Shown here: positions 56,178 through 64,000 of the stretch, one piece after another
Position numbering within the stretch: position 1 is the first letter of the stretch
How the letters are laid out: each line of letters begins with the position of its first letter
Source of the DNA: Neophaeotheca triangularis
Taxonomy: Eukaryota
Direction: 5' to 3'
Assembly: GCA_054600435.1 (NCBI GenBank)
Contig: BAAIJX010000002.1
Location: forward strand, 496,001 to 560,000
DNA: 64,000 nt
Made by a program: the position numbers and the translations under genes
The notes under the pieces: generated by a model
The model's input: only the letters and a program-made list of their open reading frames with translations
What the model was told of the DNA's origin: nothing
Databases searched by the model: none

Positions 56178-59100
56178 TTAGGCTATACCCAGGCCTATTC
56201 TTGACCCCCCAACATCATCGCTGCGTCCGCGCTCTCGAAGCCTTCTCCCCTCCATCAACCCCCTGAGTCCTCGCTTCTGCAGCCCAACGACAGCACTGAG
56301 AGCTCCATTCCACACTTCACGGTCCCGCTCACCTCGGCTTGCGAGACTGCGGGCGCTCAAGCTAGCGTCACTTTCGCTCATGCTGACATCGGTGGTAGCA
56401 CTGCCAGGGACGTCCTCGTCAGCGTCCTCCTGATGCGCAAGAGCTGTTCCCGGCCGCAAAGTGTTTCTGGTAGTCCGACCGTTGGCCATATCTGTATCGA
56501 TGCGCAGCCCGTTTAGACCACGGTTGCCTCCATTCATGGTCAATGCATCAATGCCGTGGAGGCTGTGGGTACGTAGCGGTATCGTACTTTCTCTAGTAGT
56601 GCCTTGCGGCGCGAAAAGAACGCCGCTCCCACCCCCGGCAGCCATGGCTGCCGCATTGAATATGGCTGCTGCGTTTCGGCCGTCCAAGCACTCATGCAAC
56701 TTTTCCACAACAGCCTCAAGCAGCCCGTCGATCTTGTAGGGCCTGGCGAGTTGTAGGAGCGAGCAGTAGATCTGTGGTGTTGCGAGTTGGTGCGGCGGTG
56801 ATGGCAGTGTTGATGTGTATAGGAAATGCAACAACGCATGTAAAGTTGGAGCGGTGTGTGGCAAGTAAAACAACCTCGGTCTAGCGGGGGCAGGCTGAGT
56901 CCTCGGATTAGGAAGCTCATCTGTCGCAGCAGAGTTGTTCGTAACAGTCGTAGCATTAGAGGTGACGGATGGCGTGATAGTGATGCTCGAGTTCCGTGAA
57001 GCATGAGCTCTACCACCAGCCCGCAACGTTGCTGTGTCGGTTTCTGCGGCGGATGCAAGCGACTCTCGCAGTAAGTTGGTGAAGGAAGGCCCCCATCCTT
57101 GTGCGATCAACCTCGAATTGACGGGTATCCTCGTCCCATCAATAGCGAAGAAGTCCATATCAGCAACCTCACGAAGATCCACACACCTCTCACCGAGCTC
57201 TTCCGCGGCTGGTGTCAGTTGACGACCGTACACTGAGGTATCACCCTGTGCGTGCGGCAGTAGATCTGCACTTGCAGAAAGATATCCAGATGTCGGTGCT
57301 GTCCTTCTAGGGTTGTCGTATAGGCCAAATGCTTCAAGCTCTACCAGACATACGTTTGAGAAATTGATGCGGCGATTGTTGTAGTCGTCGACCAGACTCC
57401 TTCTGCGGTTTCCCAAGATCACGAAGCAGTTCCGCCTGCTCCACAACACACCTCGATTCCAGCTGCCCTGACTGAAGATGCTTCCACCAGCATCGATGCG
57501 ACTCCACGTTAGTGTCCTCAAATCCAGCGCCCAAAGCGCGTACTCTTGCTTCGAAGACGTCAAGAATGTGCCCGACACCACAAAGTGATTATCGATGACA
57601 CCACCGTTTGGAAAGCGTAGGCCAGGAGGAGATACGGTACTTTGCATTGGTTTCTCGACTAGCGTGCCGTCTGTCTGGCGGACCTGCAGCTCCAACTTGA
57701 CGTCCAGAAAGTTGTAGTTCGAGTACATCAGCATCGGCGAACCCGATTGGGCAGTGGAAGGTTCGTCCTCGTCCTCTTCGAGATCGCTAGGGGCGTGCGG
57801 ACCCGCCCCAATCTGACCGGCGCTCATGGTGGTGAGGGGGGTGACCACACTGCGGTACGCACCGCAACTGCGGCCCATGCCGGTCGTCGAAGTCCATGTC
57901 AAGCTTCGCAAGTTGAAGACTGAGACCTGCTCAATGTAATGATTTGCACTGTCTTGGCCGCCGACCACAATCATTTCGGCACCTCCAGTGCCATCCAGGG
58001 CCACACCAAGGGACCCCTGATTCGGATTGCTGCCCGACGGATTATGGTGTACGGCAGACATTGGCGCATTAGAAGACGCAAAGACAGCAGAGGAAGGTAG
58101 TATAGCCGCACAATGTGCGTACCGGCCCTGAGGCGAATCTGTTGTCGAGATCTTCATCCATGTCTGGGTGCCGACATCGTAGATGTGTATGTCAGACATG
58201 ACAATTACCTCGGGCTGCCCTTCAGCACCGTTTTCGCCGGTAGGGGCTGGCGACATGCCACCGTAGCAGACCAGCTTCCTTTCACCAAGACCACACACAC
58301 TGTGAAAATACCTTGGAGCTGGGATATCTCCTTTGGTTTCCAGTTTGGTCCAATGGCGTTTAACAAGGTCCAGCTCATAAAGGTTTGAGGTTAGTTGCGG
58401 TTTCGTACGAGACAGCCTTCTTCCCCCGAAAACATAGAGTTTGTCGCCGAGGATTGTTGTGGTAGCACCGACCAAGGGATGCGGTTCCTTTCCAGTGGTC
58501 CTGTGTACATTGCAGACGAGACCTGAAAGGTTTGCGGTATTTCCAGGAGTACCGACTGCCGGGTGCGGTGATAAAGAGGTAGCCTGAGAGTGAGAGTGAG
58601 CATGGCTCGGCTGCAGAGGAGGCTGCTCTGCTTGCGTGGACTCTGCTTCCGATGCTGATTCGTAATCCGCCGCTCGTTGGCTCAGTCCGACCAGACTAGA
58701 CTGACTGCTATTTGCACTCGCCGTAAGGACGTTGGGATCTGCGTTTGAGCGGCTTGCGTACAGTTGACGAGGCGACGGTGCGGAAGTGTTCGAGTCCATT
58801 GTGTTCGCTCGACTTGAATCTGGCGTGGGGCGAGACATATCTGGTGGCGAGAGTGAAGCAATGGATGCGAAAGGATCAATGAATACCGAGCGACTGATAT
58901 CCAGACGAGGAGGACGGTCAATACGCTTTTCAACGGGCTGTGCCCAATGTGGAATCTGAATTGGCACGTATCGCGGACCTCTACGGTTCGTGGCTTCTGC
59001 GGTATCCGGCAAAACTGCTGGGGCTTCGCACTTGGTGGGCAGATCACTGCTTGAAGTAGTGACAAAGGTCGCAAATGAGTCTGACCTGCCAATGTTCTTG

Positions 59101-59552
59101 GGGCTGTCAGGGGTTATTGATGCATAGCTAGGGACGAGAATCGGAATGTGCTTTGGTCGAGTTTTACTGCTCCCGCGGGGCGAAGTTTCGGCAAGTTCGA
59201 ACACAGGCGGTGCAGAAGGAACAGGTGTTGATCCTGTAGTGGTCTCGTCGTCCTGCCCAGGGCACGGGGCTCGGTCAAGACTCCGGAAGATTGAAAAAGA
59301 TCGTGACTTCTCGACGGGCGCCGAGTGTGGCTGATGTAGATCAAGAAGTGATAAAGACTTTGCAGCTTTCCTTGCAGGCCAGAGAGAGAGTTGCTGAGTA
59401 GGCGCCGCGAGTCTCGAAGATATCCCACGCTTCGGTGACGCTGCAGGAGATTCGGCTTCGTTGTTCTGCAGGAAGACTCGACTGATTCGCCGGCGGCCAC
59501 TGTTTTGGCCAGATGCTTCTGGGGCAGCTAAGGAACCTGTGTGGAACGTCAT
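56178..59552 (-). CDS. Kelch-repeat/BTB-like regulatory protein, Ral2/Mds3-like
   Basis: Kelch blades (LYVFGG, PRYFHS, LVCYGG, GRYAHCA, IVVGGQD) and a BTB-like LLHFLYTSTL segment. The start codon is uncertain because the first ~240 aa are low complexity and MSRPTP is an alternative start. Confidence 0.85.
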   Translation of the reverse strand: MTFHTGSLAAPEASGQNSGRRRISRVFLQNNEAESPAASPKRGISSRLAAPTQQLSLWPARKAAKSLSLLDLHQPHSAPVEKSRSFSIFRSLDRAPCPGQDDETTTGSTPVPSAPPVFELAETSPRGSSKTRPKHIPILVPSYASITPDSPKNIGRSDSFATFVTTSSSDLPTKCEAPAVLPDTAEATNRRGPRYVPIQIPHWAQPVEKRIDRPPRLDISRSVFIDPFASIASLSPPDMSRPTPDSSRANTMDSNTSAPSPRQLYASRSNADPNVLTASANSSQSSLVGLSQRAADYESASEAESTQAEQPPLQPSHAHSHSQATSLSPHPAVGTPGNTANLSGLVCNVHRTTGKEPHPLVGATTTILGDKLYVFGGRRLSRTKPQLTSNLYELDLVKRHWTKLETKGDIPAPRYFHSVCGLGERKLVCYGGMSPAPTGENGAEGQPEVIVMSDIHIYDVGTQTWMKISTTDSPQGRYAHCAAILPSSAVFASSNAPMSAVHHNPSGSNPNQGSLGVALDGTGGAEMIVVGGQDSANHYIEQVSVFNLRSLTWTSTTGMGRSCGAYRSVVTPLTTMSAGQIGAGPHAPSDLEEDEDEPSTAQSGSPMLMYSNYNFLDVKLELQVRQTDGTLVEKPMQSTVSPPGLRFPNGGVIDNHFVVSGTFLTSSKQEYALWALDLRTLTWSRIDAGGSIFSQGSWNRGVLWSRRNCFVILGNRRRSLVDDYNNRRINFSNVCLVELEAFGLYDNPRRTAPTSGYLSASADLLPHAQGDTSVYGRQLTPAAEELGERCVDLREVADMDFFAIDGTRIPVNSRLIAQGWGPSFTNLLRESLASAAETDTATLRAGGRAHASRNSSITITPSVTSNATTVTNNSAATDELPNPRTQPAPARPRLFYLPHTAPTLHALLHFLYTSTLPSPPHQLATPQIYCSLLQLARPYKIDGLLEAVVEKLHECLDGRNAAAIFNAAAMAAGGGSGVLFAPQGTTRESTIPLRTHSLHGIDALTMNGGNRGLNGLRIDTDMANGRTTRNTLRPGTALAHQEDADEDVPGSATTDVSMSESDASLSARSLASRGERDREVWNGALSAVVGLQKRGLRGLMEGRRLRERGRSDDVGGSRIGLGIA

Positions 59553-60062
59553 GTCCAGTCAGCACAGATGCAACAAGCAATGAGAAGAAACTTGCAGGTC
59601 GACAACAGGCAACACTGATATTTGGGAGAAAATGATAGACACTGTGGTTTGAGGGAGCAGCTGGGGCTCTTTCAAAAGGCGCCTCCTCCATGTCTAGGAG
59701 GGCCATCATTCTCCACGGGCGAAGTCGTGGTCATGACGGCGCTCAGTCTTGCTACGATGGTGGACGGACGGTCTCGGACAGCCACTCGAAGCCGAGAGTT
59801 GCCAGAGCGAGTAGAAAGCAATTGCGTCTGCGTTATGCAGGTAGCCTCTTGCGTGAGACAAAAGGGGGATTTCCAGGAGATCAGCCATGCCACTCGATCC
59901 TTTTCCGGTATCCAGTGCATTTGCGAGATGTAAGAAATGGGGCAATCAAACTTACCTTGCTATGGTCCAATGGCTCCCAAAGACAACGACAACGACATGT
60001 CAGTAACGGCACCTCACTCTTTGAAGGGGCTTGATTTGGAAATGGAAGCGGGATTGCAATCA

Positions 60063-60086
60063 AGCAGGGCAGGGCAGGGCAGGGCA
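60063..60086. repeat. (CAGGG)4 pentanucleotide repeat
   Basis: agcagggcagggcagggcagggca upstream of the kelch gene. Confidence 0.8.
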
Positions 60087-60652
60087 AGGTTGTTCGCCCG
60101 CTCCCAAGTCGCTCACATGAGGTGCATTCCACAGGTGCAGTCGCAAGTCGCGCCAAGACGTCCGTCGCGAGGCGCTAGAGTCTCGGCCCGCCGCACGCGC
60201 GCAATGAGACGACGGCAAGGATGGCATCGCGATGGATTACTAGTAGGTACCTACTACCTTATTACCTAGCAGGGACCATGGTCGAAAAAGCATCAAGGTG
60301 ACGCCGATACTGGTATGCTGACGAACGGAATACCGCAGCAGTTCGCAGAAAGGCGCGGGTGTTTGCAACGACGGGCCGAGTGGATGGAGATTATTCTACC
60401 ACTTGACCGGACCCGAGCTTCAGCGGATTTCAATGCACAGACCGTTCGTCACTCATTTCAGCAGAGTTCCAAGGTTGTCATGGCAGGAAGTCGTTGTTAA
60501 AAAGGTGTCCATGTACGATCGAGTTTCAACTTTTGCCCTGACGTTTGCTTCATGGTGGGTTTGATTTGCTTGCTAAATAGTCACTAAGCCCCATTCTCTC
60601 CTACCCGGATACCCCACTCGCTCTCCCACGTCTGCCTGTAGACCCAATCGAG

Positions 60653-61608
60653 TCAGACCGCAGCGCTCGTCTCCTCCTGGGGAAGAGGAGTGAATCGGAG
60701 GTAGGGCTTGACGATCTTCATCTTAGGGAACAGCTTCTCGGCGTCCGGGCCCTTGACGGTAGGGTGGACGATGACATCGTCGCCAGGTACCCAGTTGATA
60801 GGAGTGGTCACTCTGAGTAAGCGTTAGCGGTCTTTTTCTCTCGAGTATTAGTGGACAGGGCACGTACTTGTGAGCATCGCCGGTTTGAAGCGAGTCGACA
60901 ATACGCAGAACCTCGGCGGTGTTGCGGCCGGTGCTGGCAGGGTAGGACAGGATGGTCCTAATGGTCTTCTTTGGGTCGATGACGAAGACGCTGCGGATGG
61001 TGAAAGCAATGCCCTTCTCGTTGACCTACAAGAAAGTACACGTCAGCGACCATTGCTTCGAAGAATGAAATCGGCAGTGGTTCGACCTACGTTGGTAGCG
61101 TCCTGGTGGTCGATCATGTCGTACTGCAAAGCCACGTTGCGCTCCTATATCAACAAACGATTGTCAGCAATCCAATCATGGGGGCACATTGACTCCGACT
61201 ATTCTGCCCACCTTGTCACCGATGATGGGGAAGCGAAGTTGGCTGCCGGAGATCTCGTCGATATCCTTGATCCAACCACCGTGGCTCTCAACAGTGTTTG
61301 CGCTCAGTCCAATGAGCTTTGTGTTCCTCTTGGTGAACTCGGGCTCGAGCTTGGCGAATGCGCCGAGCTCAGTGGTGCACACAGGGGTGTAGTCTTCGGG
61401 GTGAGAGAAGAGGACGACCCATCTGGTTGCATGGAATGAGTATGTGTTTGTTCACCACAGCCATCGCTTCCCTTGCTTTTGTTTCTAGTGGCACCTACTT
61501 GTCGCCAATGAACTCGTGGAAATCAATGGGTCCGGCGGTGGTTTCGGCCTTGAAGTTGGGGGCAACAGTGCCGAGGCGAAGAGGTTCGGGGCGGTCGTTG
61601 GATCCCAT
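60653..61608 (-). CDS. PRX1: 1-Cys peroxiredoxin (Prx6/PRX1 family)
   Basis: Five exons joined by GT-AG introns. LRLGTVAPNF, FSHPEDYTPVCTTE, FTIRSVF, YPASTGRN, TPINW, KPYLRFTP. Confidence 0.93.
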
Positions 61609-62506
61609 TGCGGCGGTTGTGTTTGATACGTGTGTTGGTGACGGTGTGGTTCCGAATGGTATGGATTGGATGTACCTGAACGAGGAGTGAAGTCTATCTC
61701 AGCAAGGGTCGGTTATTATAATGGAAGATGATAAGAACGTCACCAGAAGTTACGTGGGGGTTCTCTAGAATATTATTATTTCTAAGCCCACCACTGCCCA
61801 CTCTGCCACCCACCCACCTTTGTTCGGTGCCCCACCAAGCAATGGCGTGCTCGAGCTAGGGACGGCCAACGTGTGAGCCTCCAGTCCCAAGCCTCCTTTC
61901 AATCCGCGGCAAGCATCATGATTTTAACACTCACGTAACTTTTACACGGTTCGCTACTACACACCTCGGGGGTGCATACCAGGTACTATTCGTACATGGA
62001 AGCCATCTTCTCGTCCTATGAATTGCCAAGCCTATAACCTGAGGCCGGACTCCAGGGCTCTTTCTGGGCGAGGTATGTATCTCTGCCATACAAAATTATC
62101 TACATACATCGAACAGATTGGCACGAGGTGTGAACGTACTCGACGGCTCTAAGGAACTTGAATCCTCCAAGGTGATAGGATACTAATAGAGTCATTTAAC
62201 TATTCCACGTTATATCCGGGCCGAGCATGGGCTTATCGATAAGTCTCCCGAGGTCCTCTTTGCGCGCCGCGCCCTTCCAAGTTCAGACCTTTAGCGTCGT
62301 AGATCACCGCTGCTACATCGGAGTCTTTTTGCCTCTGATACCTTCCAAATTATTTATTAGTATCGTCCTTTTCCTAACGTGCCTCCACGGGCTCTTTCCA
62401 TGGCCGCCATGAGCCTTGACGAGCCAACTTGATTACTATACCACTTTGTCTTTTGTTGCCATCTTTGGCATTTGTGACAAGCAACGCCAACTGTCCAGCA
62501 GCAATA

Positions 62507-64000
62507 ATGGCCGATCCTGAGGTGAAGCTTCCTCCAGACCCGCTTAACAGTCAAGACACCAACGCGGACCCGGATATCACTCGCGAAGAGAGCAGGAAGG
62601 CACCAAACAATGTACCATCACCTCGACTCAGTCATGACAGTCAAGGCGTCTCCCACAACAAGGAGATCGTTTGGCATTATCTCACCCATGAGACCGAGCT
62701 GCCACCACCGGCGCGAGTTGCATTGAATGAGCAGCAATCTCCGCCTCCTGCGTGCCCCGATATGGGAAAATATACTTCTCCCTTCCTCTGGTCGGACAAA
62801 CGCAAAACATTCATCACATGGCTTTCCTGTGCTGCTACGGTCGTGACGGCTTACACAGCTGGCTCTTATACCAGTGGCAGCGAGCAAATGTCTGCTGAGT
62901 GGGGAGTTTCGACCGTGGCAATCAGTGTTGGAGTCACCATCTTCACATGCGGCTTTGCCATAGCACCCATGTTCTTGGCCCCGTTCTCCGAGATCAACGG
63001 ACGTAGACCAGTATTCGTCACCACTGGCATCCTGTTCGTCGTTTTCCAGCTGTGCTGTGCTGTGACTCGGTCCTATGGTGGCATGCTCATCTCGAGGTTT
63101 CTGGCCGGGTGCGCTAGCAGCACCTTCTCCACAATGGTAGGGGGTGTGGTCAGTGATATCTACCATGCCAACAATAGGAACACCGCAATGTCACTCTTCT
63201 CAGGCGCCGCGCTCTTCGGCACCGGCCTTGGCCCTCTGGTATCTGGCTTTATTGGCCAAAACACTACATGGCGATGGATCTTCAGATTACAGGTCATCAC
63301 ATGCGGATTGCTCATGGCTGCTGTCGTCATCTTCTTCCAAGAGACTCGCGGAAGCGTCTTGCTATCTCAGAAGGCCAAAACCTTGAACAAATGGTACGAT
63401 GACATGGAGTCGCACGGTTATCACGGCGTCCTCATGCCTACTGAAGAGGGTGAGAAAGCCTTGCCGCAGCGCGTACGCTGGAAAGTCAAGTCGGATGAAG
63501 AACGCGGCACCATTCTACAAATGATCAGGATCTCGCTCTATCGACCTTTCTATATGCTCTTCACGGAGCCTGTGGTCTTCTTCTTTAGCCTATGGGTCGC
63601 CTTCGCATGGGCTGTTTTGTATCTTACCTTCTCGGCAATTCCTGTGGTGTTCCAAACCAGCCACAGCTTTACCCTCCAGCAGACCGGCGCCGTATTTACC
63701 GCGTTGTGCGTGGCCAGTATCATTAGCACCATCATCAGCATTTACCAGGAGCGCGTGGCCCGCATGCTCTTACCTGACAGCCGTAAGCAAATATTCACGA
63801 CGCCCGAGGGACGACTTTACTTCGCTTGCATCCAGTCCGTCTTGCTTCCAATAGGATGCTTTTGGTTCGGATGGACTTCGTTTCCGAGTGTGCCGTGGAT
63901 AGTGCCTACTCTCGGTATTGGCTGTGCCACAATGGGAGTAAGTCGCAAGTAATATGTCTTGACAAAACGGTAACACTCACTGATGTTGATGGCCAGATCT
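62507..64000 (+). CDS. MFS transporter, DHA1 (drug:H+ antiporter) family, truncated by the window edge
   Basis: PFLWSDKRK, APFSEINGRRPV (motif A), WRWIF, QETRGSVLL, PFYMLFTEP, PEGRL. Intron 63938-63996. Confidence 0.9.

Noticed and set aside
61609..61700. Possible non-AUG mitochondrial extension of PRX1
   Set aside because: Only about 30 open codons before an in-frame TGA, with few Arg residues and no convincing presequence.

Overview
Gene-dense fungal (Pezizomycotina, probably Dothideomycete; taxon inferred from protein style and short introns with CTRAC branch points) chromosomal window with about 26 protein-coding genes, mostly housekeeping: UTP4, an LRR protein, PP1 (GLC7/bimG), AYR1-like SDR, ArAE/FUSC-type membrane protein, NTM1, ALDH, RPEL protein, a DTD-motif microbial rhodopsin, SRS2-like helicase, FKBP, RPS11, SPC105/KNL1, amidase, PIN protein, SDR, two divergent Zn2Cys6 factors, RAD2/XPG, Ral2-like kelch protein, 1-Cys peroxiredoxin and a DHA1 MFS transporter. 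I found no transposon, rRNA, tRNA or biosynthetic cluster, and no multi-gene novel system that I can support. Best leads: (1) a Zn2Cys6 gene whose DNA-binding domain assembles only through a non-canonical GA-AG intron; (2) a probable GC-AG intron in the LRR gene; (3) a PIN protein with an Nmd4/SMG6-like RGGxxLWxP tail; (4) an accessory-looking patch with an orphan ORF and a divergent but catalytically intact ubiquitin-specific protease; (5) a four-exon secreted protein missed by the ORF track; (6) PP1 isoform and 5' leader features. All exon models were derived by hand from the sequence and lack transcript evidence.
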